From IMG/VR virus record IMGVR_UViG_3300005613_000046, positions 1 through 64,000 of that record: a DNA stretch of 64,000 bases. The stretch is one strand, 5' to 3'. A model generated the notes under the pieces. The model did not search any database. It saw only the letters and a program-made list of their open reading frames with translations, and had not been told where the DNA came from. A program made the position numbers and the translations under genes. The stretch is from a virus. Each line of letters starts with the position of its first letter. Position 1 is the first letter of the stretch. Below are positions 27,480 through 37,340 of this stretch, piece by piece.

Positions 27480-27963
27480 AATCTATTCCTAGTTCATCAA
27501 AGGTCAACCAAGTTGGCATATCACCTTTTCTTTTTCTTGCCTTTGGATCTGGCTTAGGTCCTGGTTTGGGACTATAAGGAGTTTTAGGTTTTTTTTCTTT
27601 TGTTCTTTCCTTTTCCTTAGTTCTTTCTTTTTCTTTTGTCCCAGGTAACATAACAGGAAGATCCATTTCTTCATCAAGTTCCATATCATCCATAGATGTG
27701 TCAAATTCTTCCATATCTTCATCATCCATAGATGTATCAAATTCTTCTTGGTTATTTTTTAATCTTTGACTATACATACTTTCCACTTCACGAGGGTCAA
27801 TACCCATAAGAGCAGCTTCCGCTCCGTATTTTTGATTTAGTCTATCAAATTCTTCTTGGTCATCTTCAAATAATTGTTGTTCTGAAATCACACGACCTCT
27901 ATCATAGTTAAAAAGATATTTAATATCTTTTAATTCTTCATTTAAATTCTTTTTCATGATCAT
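27472..27963 (-). CDS. N-terminally tagged low-complexity protein
   Basis: NLNEELKDIKYLFNY...VISEQ tag; EEFDTSMDD x2, TKEKER repeats; TATTTAT at 27973-27979. Confidence 0.7.
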   Translation of the reverse strand: MIMKKNLNEELKDIKYLFNYDRGRVISEQQLFEDDQEEFDRLNQKYGAEAALMGIDPREVESMYSQRLKNNQEEFDTSMDDEDMEEFDTSMDDMELDEEMDLPVMLPGTKEKERTKEKERTKEKKPKTPYSPKPGPKPDPKARKRKGDMPTWLTFDELGIDFE

Positions 27964-27989
27964 TTTTATTTAATAAATATCATAAACTT

Positions 27990-28274
27990 TTATTCTGTCA
28001 CCAAATAATAGTTGAACCCCATAGAATAATATAAGAATTGCCCTTTATTTTTTAAAAGTTCGTTAATTTTTTCTTTTTCAAACAATTTAGCTCCAACAAT
28101 TTTTTGATTCTTATTCAATTTTCTACCGGTATGGGTATTGATTGTCCCTTCGACAGGATCCAAATAGTATTTAAGTTTTTTAATTAAAGTTTTTTTATCA
28201 CCAACGGTTCCAATTCCGTATTTTTTACAAAGTGATTTTATTTCAGTAAGTTCTAGTGTATTAAGGTCATTCAT
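27990..28274 (-). CDS. SAP/HeH-like DNA-binding protein
   Basis: LTEIKSLCKKYGIGTVGDKKTLIKKL; TATCTTTG at 28279-28286. Confidence 0.6.
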   Translation of the reverse strand: MNDLNTLELTEIKSLCKKYGIGTVGDKKTLIKKLKYYLDPVEGTINTHTGRKLNKNQKIVGAKLFEKEKINELLKNKGQFLYYSMGFNYYLVTE

Positions 28275-28311
28275 AATACAAAGATAAGAAAATTTTAGAT
28301 AAACACCAAAA

Positions 28312-28536
28312 TTATTTTTTTAACCGACTCATGTTTGGATACTTTCTTTGATAGTAATTCCAATTTAATCCTTTATTTTTTTCTTTATCAGAAAATCCGT
28401 GAAAATAAGCTTCATTTACAATCTTTTTTTCAAGTTCAGATACTTCTTCTTTTAAATTAAAAAGGATTTCTAATGTCTCTAAGTTATTTGATTGTTCTTT
28501 GATTAAAGAATCTATTTTTTTCTCAATTGGTCCCAT
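28312..28536 (-). CDS. hypothetical protein
   Basis: 74-aa ORF. Confidence 0.6.
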   Translation of the reverse strand: MGPIEKKIDSLIKEQSNNLETLEILFNLKEEVSELEKKIVNEAYFHGFSDKEKNKGLNWNYYQRKYPNMSRLKK

Positions 28537-28549
28537 GATTTTAAATATA

Positions 28550-29155
28550 CTAATCTAAATTTTCTAATTCAACCTCAACATCAATAGGAATTCCATATTT
28601 TTCTAATAATTTGTAGAAAAAATCATAACATTGGTAATTTAGTGCACCAAAAAAGTCACCAGTTTCATACGCTTCTTGAGCTTCATAGAGTGCATCCCAA
28701 AGACTACCATTAACCAAACTTTGTTCCTCAGTGTCAGGATCAAGGAAATCATAACTTACTGTTCCGTTACCATCAATCTCAACTAATAGAACGACAACAT
28801 CGTATTTATAACCCCCTCCTTTTACTTCCTCAATATTAGTGACTTTAATTTCAGTGTCTAAGTCTATTTCAGGGACAAAAAGTCTAAAAGTTTTATCTAA
28901 GACCTCTTCTGTTAATTTTTCAAATAGATTATTAAAACCTCCGTTATACCTATACCAAATAGGTCTTATTTTTTGAAAGTCTTCGTTTGTATTTTTTTGA
29001 ATTCCAGAAATATCATAAATAATATCATCAAGATGAGGTTCTTCACCCATCTTTTTTTGTTTGTCCCAAATTTTATAACAAAACTTGCGAAGATTTTCTT
29101 CGGTAAGATTTTCCGAAATCAAATTTTGTTGTCTTTCTGATATTATTATTTTCAT
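28550..29155 (-). CDS. N-terminally tagged hypothetical protein
   Basis: MKIIISERQQNLISE tag. Confidence 0.7.
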   Translation of the reverse strand: MKIIISERQQNLISENLTEENLRKFCYKIWDKQKKMGEEPHLDDIIYDISGIQKNTNEDFQKIRPIWYRYNGGFNNLFEKLTEEVLDKTFRLFVPEIDLDTEIKVTNIEEVKGGGYKYDVVVLLVEIDGNGTVSYDFLDPDTEEQSLVNGSLWDALYEAQEAYETGDFFGALNYQCYDFFYKLLEKYGIPIDVEVELENLD

Positions 29156-29448
29156 CTTCTTTTTTTAACTTTATTAAAACCATTTCTAATTTTTTCATTA
29201 AACTGACCACTAGATAACAATAAAAAATCAAATTTATCGGGTGTTATCTTAGGATTTCTATACTCAAACTCCCTTCTAACTCTACTAATAAGCCGATTCT
29301 CATAAACCCCAAAATTATCAGGTTTATTACCTGGTCCTCCTTTTTTAATATCATTATTAAGTTCAATAATAACCTCATCAATGATTTGACCTATTTCGGT
29401 TAATCTTCTTAATAATTTTATTTGATCTTCTGTTATTAATATTTTCAT
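29152..29448 (-). CDS. N-terminally tagged hypothetical protein
   Basis: MKILITEDQIKLLRRLTE tag. Confidence 0.7.
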   Translation of the reverse strand: MKILITEDQIKLLRRLTEIGQIIDEVIIELNNDIKKGGPGNKPDNFGVYENRLISRVRREFEYRNPKITPDKFDFLLLSSGQFNEKIRNGFNKVKKRR

Positions 29449-29822
29449 TATCCTATGTTTGCACCACTTACTTCTTTTATTTCTACATCAGGGAATAATT
29501 TTTTGAAGTAGTCATATACTGCGTGTTTGATGTGTCTTGATACAATATGGTATGGTATTACCTCTTCCATCTGCTCATCAACAGAATAATCATAATATAA
29601 GGTTTTAGATTCTTTTCTATACACAAATAGTAAATTACCATTTTCACCCATTAAGTATATTGACCCATGACTGTCGCCGTAAGACTTAACATCCTGTTTT
29701 ACCATCTTTATAAACAACTTCTTATACTTCGGGTATTCATCAATATACTCCGCATCGAAACGATCTCTATTGTAGTCTTCGTTGATTAACCTTAACTGAT
29801 CTTCAGTGATTATGATTTTCAT
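29448..29822 (-). CDS. N-terminally tagged hypothetical protein
   Basis: ATG at 29822 gives MKIIITEDQLRLINE; TATTTAT at 29827-29833. Confidence 0.7.
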   Translation of the reverse strand: MKIIITEDQLRLINEDYNRDRFDAEYIDEYPKYKKLFIKMVKQDVKSYGDSHGSIYLMGENGNLLFVYRKESKTLYYDYSVDEQMEEVIPYHIVSRHIKHAVYDYFKKLFPDVEIKEVSGANIG

Positions 29823-29845
29823 AATAATAAATACCTTGTAAAATA

Positions 29846-29871
29846 AAAAACCCACCTTTATGTGGTGGGTT
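29846..29871 (-). terminator. intrinsic terminator
   Basis: minus strand AACCCACC-ACATAAA-GGTGGGTT followed by T residues. Confidence 0.7.
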
Positions 29872-29884
29872 AAATTTGTTGTTT

Positions 29885-30628
29885 TTAAGCTTTATTAACC
29901 TGAACTATTAAATCAGCAATTTTACTTTCGTAAGATTTTTTAACATCTGGTGTCATTTTAGGAAGTAATCGTTGATAAGTAGATTGTAAATTTTTCAACT
30001 CTTGTTCTAATTGTTTTTTATCCTTTTTTACTTGTCTTGCACCTTGTCTTTCCTGTCTTTGTTGTTGTCTATAATCTTGTCTTATTTCTTTTCCAGTTTT
30101 AAGTGGTGTTGTTGCTGATGCTCCCGCCGCTGTTGTTGGTGTCGTTTGTGTTTGTGTATTGGATAATGAAGTGGCCGGCGTGACAGCTCCTGTAACCGCA
30201 GTTCCTTGATTACCTGTCACCGCATCAGGTCCTGTTGTTGGAGCCGTTGCGGTATTTGTTGTTTGAACAGGTGGTTCAAATGTCTCATCTGATCCGTCTG
30301 TCGCTTCTGGTTTTGGTGCTACGGCCTGAAATGGTAATTTTTTAATTGCGTCAAGTCCAGGACCAGATTTTGCTTCAGTCCAATTTATGAATTTTTTTTG
30401 TGCTAAAAAAGATTTTGCCTTTTCACTTTTAGGGGTTGCTTTTAACTTAAAGAAATATTTATCACCTTCTTTTTTGTAGTCGTAATCTTTGTCGTTATTA
30501 TACATTTCGACATTTTTACCTTCAGCATCCATTCTCTGCTCAAACAAAAATTCTTTTTTAATTGCGGATTTATGTAAATTTAAAATACGACTTTTTTCAG
30601 ATTCTGTTAGATTTAATAAATTTTTCAT
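29885..30628 (-). CDS. N-terminally tagged protein with Thr/Ala linker and C-terminal coiled coil
   Basis: LTESEKSRILNLHK...FLFEQ tag. Confidence 0.7.
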   Translation of the reverse strand: MKNLLNLTESEKSRILNLHKSAIKKEFLFEQRMDAEGKNVEMYNNDKDYDYKKEGDKYFFKLKATPKSEKAKSFLAQKKFINWTEAKSGPGLDAIKKLPFQAVAPKPEATDGSDETFEPPVQTTNTATAPTTGPDAVTGNQGTAVTGAVTPATSLSNTQTQTTPTTAAGASATTPLKTGKEIRQDYRQQQRQERQGARQVKKDKKQLEQELKNLQSTYQRLLPKMTPDVKKSYESKIADLIVQVNKA

Positions 30629-30630
30629 AA

Positions 30631-32010
30631 TTAAGTAAATAAGTTGAAGTCTTCGTCCTCCTCAGCTCTTCTTAGAACTGAATCAGGGATTATGTTTTTA
30701 CCTTCAGCACCTGGTATATTCAACACCATTAGATTTGGCATATCACCAATACACTCAGGAAGTCTTTGAAGGTTTTTATTATCAACCAAAGATAAATATT
30801 GTAGGTTTGATAAAGAACATATTGCTTCAGGAAGTGATACAATACAATTAACAAAGTTAAGTGCTTGTAGTTGTTTAAATCTACTAATGTCGTTTGGTAT
30901 ATTCAAAGCTATATTGTCCCCTCCTCTTGAAGTGTTTTTGAATGTAAATCTTTTAAGATTTTCAGGTAATGTTGCAAATAACTCATCAAACCCATAAAGA
31001 GCAACGAATTTAGATGCCGAGTCACCAGGATAGTCAATAATAACTTTATCACCTTTATCACCTGACAATGATTTCATAAACTCAGGTTTGAAGAATGTTT
31101 TAAGACCTTCTTCATTTGTGTTTAAGAAGTCAACCAAATTAATTTGTCTATCAGATGGATCCATGTATTGATTAGAAGGGAAATGGAACTGATAACGAAG
31201 TGCTGGAAGACCAGATACATCACCATATTCTTTTTCACCTCTATGTTTTTGACCTTTATTAGGTATAACAACATATAAAGGACCATCTTTGATATAACGA
31301 TCAAACCAAGTTAATCCTGGTGAAGATGTGCACCATCTTGTTTCACCTTTACCCTCTTCTTGGTATGAACCTCCGTAAAAACAAGCGGCGTCCTTACCAA
31401 GTTGTCCTTTATCTTCAATTTTTGCAACCGTCCAATCTTGACCACGATAAACGATTTCAGCTCCAGGGTGTTGATATGTTTTAGACGCTTCTTTCTTTTC
31501 GTCTTTAGTTGCTTTAGTTTTTTCTAAACTAAAATCCTTAACATTATCATATAATGTATCAGGAGTTAATTTATTAATATCACGAAACTCTTGAGGTAAT
31601 CTATTTTTGAATTTTTCAAATTTTTTAAGGTCACCAGTCACTTTATATAAATCTTCCATAAACAAATTTTGGAATTCTTTAAGTGCTGATTTATACTGAC
31701 CTGATTGAGGATCTACAATATTTAATGGGTGATCTGAAGGTAACTTTGGTGTTACAAAGTTTTTTAATAACCACTGAGAGTATTTTCCGATTTTAACTCG
31801 GTCCATATCTTGTGGTTTTATATTATTAATATCCATTCCTTCAGGAAACCTTGAAGTTGGATCGGCAGCGATTAAAGCAATTAAAGTTTCAAACGGCATA
31901 ATACCTTTTTGACCCTTATCTTTTGGTTTTACGAACTTATCAAAAAGGACTTGAAATCTTGAACTTTCAACAATAAGATCTTTTAAAATATTTGTAAATC
32001 TAAGTGACAT
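30631..32010 (-). CDS. N-terminally tagged leucine-rich-repeat protein
   Basis: FTNILKDLIVE tag; ETRWCTS domain; C-terminal LxxLxLxxN/C repeats (LPEAICSLSNLQYLSLVDN, LPECIGDMPNLMVLNI); TATTTAT at 32027-32033. Confidence 0.75.
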   Translation of the reverse strand: MSLRFTNILKDLIVESSRFQVLFDKFVKPKDKGQKGIMPFETLIALIAADPTSRFPEGMDINNIKPQDMDRVKIGKYSQWLLKNFVTPKLPSDHPLNIVDPQSGQYKSALKEFQNLFMEDLYKVTGDLKKFEKFKNRLPQEFRDINKLTPDTLYDNVKDFSLEKTKATKDEKKEASKTYQHPGAEIVYRGQDWTVAKIEDKGQLGKDAACFYGGSYQEEGKGETRWCTSSPGLTWFDRYIKDGPLYVVIPNKGQKHRGEKEYGDVSGLPALRYQFHFPSNQYMDPSDRQINLVDFLNTNEEGLKTFFKPEFMKSLSGDKGDKVIIDYPGDSASKFVALYGFDELFATLPENLKRFTFKNTSRGGDNIALNIPNDISRFKQLQALNFVNCIVSLPEAICSLSNLQYLSLVDNKNLQRLPECIGDMPNLMVLNIPGAEGKNIIPDSVLRRAEEDEDFNLFT

Positions 32011-32051
32011 AGTGATTTTTTTATTAATAAATATTTGTAAATGCGAAAAAA

Positions 32052-32891
32052 TTAATAATTCATGATAAGTAATTCCTCACCCATGTTTTGTTTCTCACCT
32101 TTTTTGGCTGAAGCCGCCTTTGCGAACTCCTTTCTTACCCAAGTGTATTGATCTTCAGGGAACCATTCGTGAAGTAATTCAAAGTCATAATACGACAATG
32201 AAAACTTACCTTGAACTCCGTGTAGAACATTTGCCAACCTTTCATGATCCTGTCTGTCAAAATCGTGGTTGGAGTAATAGTTTTCCGTTTTCCAATAAGG
32301 TGGATCCAAATAAATGTATGTAGATGGTGAATCGTATTTTTGAATTACGTCAGCAAAATCCATGTTCTCAACGTCTGTAATCTTCAAAAAGTGATCCACC
32401 CAATCAGGTTTAGATAATTTATCTCTAAATGTAAGATACTTTGATTTGTATTTTCCTTTAAGGTCAATAAAGTTTGATGTTTCAGGTTTTGAACCACTAA
32501 AAACTTGGGTTAGAATATAAACATATTTAGCGGCCACTTCATAATCTCCAGCCTCTACGTTAAAACTTTTATTAAAAATTTCAGCCTGAAAGTTTACAAA
32601 TTGTTCACGATATATTTCAGGTGTAACATCTACACCTTGTTTTTGACAATCAATAGAATTGATTGCTCGTAGTAATTCTGTTGGGTTTTGAACACACTTG
32701 AATAGATTATAATTCAACGGGTTAAAGTCGTTGTAAACCACTTTATTTAGATTGGGGAATTGTTTTAGATCCATGTTATAGAAACACCAATACATACCTC
32801 CAAAAGTCTCAAGATAGACTTCCATATTTTTATCATAGAAAGGGACGATCCACTTTCCAATTTTACTCTTACCACCAATGTATGAAACCAA
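32052..32891 (-). CDS. dam: Dam-like (D12 class) adenine methyltransferase
   Basis: SYIGGKS, ETFGG, VYNDFN, YLDPPY, LSYYD, ELLIMNY; TTG start. Confidence 0.88.
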   Translation of the reverse strand: MVSYIGGKSKIGKWIVPFYDKNMEVYLETFGGMYWCFYNMDLKQFPNLNKVVYNDFNPLNYNLFKCVQNPTELLRAINSIDCQKQGVDVTPEIYREQFVNFQAEIFNKSFNVEAGDYEVAAKYVYILTQVFSGSKPETSNFIDLKGKYKSKYLTFRDKLSKPDWVDHFLKITDVENMDFADVIQKYDSPSTYIYLDPPYWKTENYYSNHDFDRQDHERLANVLHGVQGKFSLSYYDFELLHEWFPEDQYTWVRKEFAKAASAKKGEKQNMGEELLIMNY

Positions 32892-32896
32892 AATAT

Positions 32897-33580
32897 TTAT
32901 TTTTTTCTGTATTTATATTTTTCTCTGATTATATCAATAACCTCATCAAAGATAATTTTTTTTCTAATTAAAAACAAGTCTGTATCAGAATAAAATCCAT
33001 TGTAGATTTGTTCAATATCCGACATACCCGCCCAACCAACAAACTTATATTGTTTATTTTTTGGCCCATAAAGTTTGTTTACATTAACCCCAAATAGTTT
33101 ACCCATTCTTTCATTTAAAGTTTCTATAAACTTAACTGAACCTCCAACAATTCTTAAATCTCCTCGTTTAGATTGATCCCGTTTATCTTCATTAATTCTA
33201 ATACATCCATCACCATCAAAATATCCTCGTAAAAAATGTTTTTCAAGTTTTTCATCAATTTTGGGGTATTCTATTGTGTATGTTTTATTTTGATGTATTC
33301 CAAGATTCTTTAAATCATTTATCATTTTTTTACTGGAAAATCCAACTTCAGAAATATCTCTATTTTTACTTCTCCATATTTCAACCTCACTATCTAATAG
33401 AGATATAAATCTTTCAAGTATATCTTCATCTTTATTATGAATCTTAATAACTAATTTATACCTATATTCTTTTGGGTTATCAATTAAACACCCGTCCGCA
33501 AAAATAAAACCAAGAAAATATGCCTTTTCAGGTGTGTCTATTACTTCAAAATAATCTTCATTAAATTTCTTTCTTTTCAT
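32897..33580 (-). CDS. free-standing LAGLIDADG homing endonuclease
   Basis: two motifs AYFLGFIFADGC and HFLRGYFDGDGC. Confidence 0.9.
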   Translation of the reverse strand: MKRKKFNEDYFEVIDTPEKAYFLGFIFADGCLIDNPKEYRYKLVIKIHNKDEDILERFISLLDSEVEIWRSKNRDISEVGFSSKKMINDLKNLGIHQNKTYTIEYPKIDEKLEKHFLRGYFDGDGCIRINEDKRDQSKRGDLRIVGGSVKFIETLNERMGKLFGVNVNKLYGPKNKQYKFVGWAGMSDIEQIYNGFYSDTDLFLIRKKIIFDEVIDIIREKYKYRKK

Positions 33581-33725
33581 AATACTCCTTAACTAAATTT
33601 TGTATGAATTTAGAAACACTAACTTTTTCTTCTTTCATTTTATCAAAAAGATATCGGTCAATACTAATTCCGTATTTAACTTTTTTATCTTTATCGTCTT
33701 TATAAGGTTTTCCTTTTGTTGCCAT
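33561..33725 (-). CDS. small ribbon-helix-helix-like protein
   Basis: ATG 33725; KVKYGISIDRYLFDKMKEEKVSVSKFIQNLVKEY; TATTTAT at 33733-33739. Confidence 0.6.
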   Translation of the reverse strand: MATKGKPYKDDKDKKVKYGISIDRYLFDKMKEEKVSVSKFIQNLVKEYYEKKEI

Positions 33726-33822
33726 ATATAATATAAATATACTCAAACCTAAGAAAAGTGCGTCGAAAGTAAATTATTTTTTTATTATTTATTTTCAACT
33801 GACTAATAATTAAATTATAGGT

Positions 33823-33984
33823 ATGGAAGAGAAAAAAGCAACAGAAGTAAAATGTAAAACTTGTGAAGAAAGTAGACAAGTTAAAAACACACAAAAATTC
33901 GTTTTGATTTTTGGTGGAGTGTTCACCTTTTTTGCCCTTTATGGGTTTGTATCAGCAATTAAAGATTTAATAAGTCTTTTTTAA
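33823..33984 (+). CDS. small membrane protein with CxxC (53 aa), not in ORF track
   Basis: [53 protein letters not shown]. Confidence 0.65.
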   Translation: MEEKKATEVKCKTCEESRQVKNTQKFVLIFGGVFTFFALYGFVSAIKDLISLF

Positions 33985-34892
33985 TCCCGTTGAAACTTAA
34001 CGAATTGATTAATAATCAAATCGCCAACCGTATCTAATTTAAACCCTTTAGATTTAATTCTTAAGGGTTTTGACGTATCCACTTGTTTAGGTAATTTAAC
34101 GTTTAACGAACCATCAGGATGAGGAATTGTTATACCACCACTTTGTAGGTCATTTAAATTCATAAAAGAATCATATACCAAATGATTTCCAACTTTGGTA
34201 AACCCATTTTGAGGTTGTAAGTCAACTTTGACAATTAAATCACCATACATACCATTTTTAAAGTCCCCCATTTCTGAAAGTCGTAAAAATTGACCATTAT
34301 CGATTCCATGTGGTAATGAAACATCTAAAGATTTCATTTCAGGTTTAGATCCGACACCTTTACATAAAAAACATGGATTTATTAAAAAATAACCTCGTCC
34401 TTGGCAACTCTCACAAACAGATTGTGCCAGTTGGACAAACATACCTGATCCAAATTGTTTAACTATAACTCCGGATCCCGAACAAACATTACAGGTTCTT
34501 TTATCACCACCTGAACCATTGCAAGGATCACATTTAACTTGTCGTCTATATGATAGTGTGTGTTTTCCTCCGGTATATGAATTTAGTGTTCCAATATTTA
34601 CGGTAATATTTGATGTATGAGCCGGTCTATTTTGTCGGTTCATAGAATTAACAAAACTATTGAAGTTAAATGACCCTCCTCCAAATGGATTCTTTCTTTG
34701 TTGATCGTATGAACTTCTTTTACTTTCATCACCTAATGTGTCATAAGCCAATGATATTTTTTTAAAAAGGTCTTCATTACCACCAGTGTCTGGATGATTT
34801 TCTTTCGCTAACTTTCTATATTTTTTTTTAATGTCTTCTTGTGTTGCATTTTCGTCAACCCCTAAAACATCATATAAATTTTCATTATTCAT
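33981..34892 (-). CDS. dnaJ: DnaJ co-chaperone
   Basis: J-domain HPD; four CxxCxGxG repeats; C-terminal domain. Confidence 0.92.
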   Translation of the reverse strand: MNNENLYDVLGVDENATQEDIKKKYRKLAKENHPDTGGNEDLFKKISLAYDTLGDESKRSSYDQQRKNPFGGGSFNFNSFVNSMNRQNRPAHTSNITVNIGTLNSYTGGKHTLSYRRQVKCDPCNGSGGDKRTCNVCSGSGVIVKQFGSGMFVQLAQSVCESCQGRGYFLINPCFLCKGVGSKPEMKSLDVSLPHGIDNGQFLRLSEMGDFKNGMYGDLIVKVDLQPQNGFTKVGNHLVYDSFMNLNDLQSGGITIPHPDGSLNVKLPKQVDTSKPLRIKSKGFKLDTVGDLIINQFVKFQRD

Positions 34893-34921
34893 TTATTTAT
34901 GTATGATCTTATAATTTAATT

Positions 34922-35563
34922 ATGAATTACCTCGTGGTATTGTTTAAAAATAAAGAAAGAAAAAAAATAATCAACAAGTTTAAGACCTTAAAGAATGCTC
35001 AAGATTTTTTTGACAAAAAAATTGATGATAGTTCAAAAGTTATTTTTGGTAAAGAGATTGAAAATGCGTCCGATTGTTTTTTTGAGTTGGCTCTTTTAAA
35101 AAGAAGAGATGATAATTTTGAAACTATGTTTGTTAGAGATGATTATGGAAGACAGGTTAAGATTGAAACAGATGATCCTGACTACAAAATCATAAAAATT
35201 TCAAAATATTTAGTTGAGGAAAAAATTTTTGACATATCGAAAAATAAAAAGATTTCAGTTAACGATTTTATTAAAACTTATCTTCCAAAAAATTCAATAA
35301 AACTTATTTCATCTTTAAATAATAAAATTATTGTTCAAAACGACAATTTAATTAATTTATTTTCACTAAAAAATGAAATGGAATCTAAAAGGTTTTTAGA
35401 TAGTTTAAGTGATTACTTTCAAAAGGAAGGAAGAATTGATTCTATTATTGTTAGTGAATCCTCAAAAGAACAGAAAAAATATTTATATGATCTACTTTGT
35501 TCTTCAGGAATTGATAAACAAACACTATATCGAAGATCAACGACCTTTAAAAAAAGAAATTAA
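34922..35563 (+). CDS. hypothetical protein
   Basis: 213-aa ORF divergent from dnaJ. Confidence 0.7.
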   Translation: MNYLVVLFKNKERKKIINKFKTLKNAQDFFDKKIDDSSKVIFGKEIENASDCFFELALLKRRDDNFETMFVRDDYGRQVKIETDDPDYKIIKISKYLVEEKIFDISKNKKISVNDFIKTYLPKNSIKLISSLNNKIIVQNDNLINLFSLKNEMESKRFLDSLSDYFQKEGRIDSIIVSESSKEQKKYLYDLLCSSGIDKQTLYRRSTTFKKRN

Positions 35564-35857
35564 TTTTTCTCTTATGGTTTTTTTTGGTTCTACTTTTGGT
35601 TCCTCAACGATATTATCATATTTTTGATTCGCAATTTCCTCGTGAATAAACACATGTTGAACTCCTGAAATATCTATAGAAAACTTTTTATGTTGATTAT
35701 CAATTTTTCTAAAATTGCTTTGGACTTTTTTAAAATCATCGTCATTCAATTCATATACACAAATCATTTTACCATCTTCAAAAAGAGTTTGAAGAGCGTC
35801 TGTTATAAGAGCAAGATTTTCTAAGACCCCATCAACACTTTTTTTACCCTCTTCCAT
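35537..35857 (-). CDS. hypothetical protein
   Basis: 106-aa ORF in overlapping run. Confidence 0.65.
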   Translation of the reverse strand: MEEGKKSVDGVLENLALITDALQTLFEDGKMICVYELNDDDFKKVQSNFRKIDNQHKKFSIDISGVQHVFIHEEIANQKYDNIVEEPKVEPKKTIREKLISFFKGR

Positions 35858-36021
35858 AATGTTAATTTTTCTTTTTTAATGACAATTTCATCTTTTTTAA
35901 AGTCTTTTAAAGATTCTATCATCCTTAATTTTTCAATTTCCAACTCTTTTTTATCCTTTTCTAACTCACTCTTCAACCAATCTATCGCTTGCTCCTCTCG
36001 GGTCAATAACTTCTTCTCCAT
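35821..36021 (-). CDS. hypothetical protein
   Basis: 66-aa ORF in overlapping run. Confidence 0.6.
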   Translation of the reverse strand: MEKKLLTREEQAIDWLKSELEKDKKELEIEKLRMIESLKDFKKDEIVIKKEKLTLWKRVKKVLMGS

Positions 36022-36394
36022 CGTTTAATTTCTCTTCTAAAATATCAAATTTTAATTGTTGTAAATTTTCTAAGTTTTCTTTTTCAAATATTCTTTTAAG
36101 TTCATCAATTTTTTGTTTTAATAAACTTTCTTTCATTTCAATTTCTTTGTTGTATGAAACAATATTTTTGATATTTGAAACGGTATTGTTTAATTCAGAT
36201 TCATTAAATTCAGATACAAATGAAAAAAATCTTTTGTCGTCATGAACTTTTTGATTTTCGACAATTTTATCTTCTCTAACAAATTTTTTGGGTATTTTCC
36301 AATGTATTGGGAATTCAATATCTATGGATAAATAACTTTTTAATTTTCTTACTGAAACAAGGTATTGAAATACGTCTTTTAGTTCTTGATACAT
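35966..36394 (-). CDS. hypothetical coiled-coil protein
   Basis: 142-aa ORF. Confidence 0.7.
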   Translation of the reverse strand: MYQELKDVFQYLVSVRKLKSYLSIDIEFPIHWKIPKKFVREDKIVENQKVHDDKRFFSFVSEFNESELNNTVSNIKNIVSYNKEIEMKESLLKQKIDELKRIFEKENLENLQQLKFDILEEKLNDGEEVIDPRGASDRLVEE

Positions 36395-36395
36395 A

Positions 36396-36596
36396 TTATA
36401 TTATTTTAATTAAAATATAGGTTATTAAATACGAAATAAAAAAATAGTTGGATATTTTTTCCCATATTCCGTAGACCAAATGTCTTGGGTTTTCACTTAA
36501 TATGTTTTTAACAATACCAAAAATTGAATTAACAACATATAGTATTGATAAAACAAAAAAGAACAGAGAAAAAATATCCATAACTATCATAATCAT
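36396..36596 (-). CDS. small 2-TM membrane protein
   Basis: two hydrophobic segments. Confidence 0.6.
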   Translation of the reverse strand: MIMIVMDIFSLFFFVLSILYVVNSIFGIVKNILSENPRHLVYGIWEKISNYFFISYLITYILIKII

Positions 36597-36763
36597 TTTT
36601 TTCTTTCTTCAAGAATTTCAGTTCTTAATTGTTGTAAAAGGGACTTAATGTCTTGAGAAGTTTTTCTTGCTCTTGTTCCGGCACTTTTGTTTCCAGCGTA
36701 AAATTTAGTAACATCTACACTTAATTGTTCAGCAAGCTCCTTAAATTTTTCTAATGTTTCCAT
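36593..36763 (-). CDS. histone H1-like (Hc1 family) small protein (56 aa), not in ORF track
   Basis: METLEKFKELAEQLSVDVTKFYAGNKSAGTRARKTSQDIKSLLQQLRTEILEERKK; GNKxAGTRARK signature. Confidence 0.8.
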   Translation of the reverse strand: METLEKFKELAEQLSVDVTKFYAGNKSAGTRARKTSQDIKSLLQQLRTEILEERKK

Positions 36764-36824
36764 TTTCTTAAAAATTATAGTTTATTTGTATGTATAATAC
36801 TTGTCCTTAACGGTATTGTAAAGA

Positions 36825-37292
36825 CTATAGTATTAGATTTTTATCTAAAGACTTATAGATATTATAGATTAAATCTAAATCCACTTGAGTGAAAGGTTTA
36901 TCTCTATTAAATAAGTCGTTGAAAAAAACGTCAATCGAATTTCTTATCTCCTCTTTTGATTGTTTATAAAAAATTTCATCAAATAGATTTAAAAAATATT
37001 TGTAATGATCTCCGTCTAAATTAAAATTTATATTTTCTTTTTTGAAGTTTTCTATTGTTTTAGTCCAACACCATTCAAAATGGTTTAAATCGTCTTCATC
37101 TGTTGTATTTATTTGGGTTTCACTTTTTTCATTTATAGATCCCAAATATGTTGTTTTAATTAATAAAAATAAACTATATGAAAAATCATAATATAACTCC
37201 ATTTTTTCAGGAATTATATAATTTGACCTAAACCAAAGATCAACGTCTTCGGGGTTTAAATTTTTAGTTATGTAGTTAAAAAAATTATCCAT
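36825..37292 (-). CDS. hypothetical protein
   Basis: 155-aa ORF; start codon lies within a hairpin. Confidence 0.7.
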   Translation of the reverse strand: MDNFFNYITKNLNPEDVDLWFRSNYIIPEKMELYYDFSYSLFLLIKTTYLGSINEKSETQINTTDEDDLNHFEWCWTKTIENFKKENINFNLDGDHYKYFLNLFDEIFYKQSKEEIRNSIDVFFNDLFNRDKPFTQVDLDLIYNIYKSLDKNLIL

Positions 37293-37340
37293 AGCTATTA
37301 CTAACTATGGATAATATAAGTTAAGGTCTTTTTTTGTAAA

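Noticed and set aside
32052-33780. Group I intron or intein interrupting dam
   Set aside because: The LAGLIDADG ORF has its own start and stop, only 5 nt separate it from dam, and dam begins with its normal SYIGGK motif; no room for an intron core.
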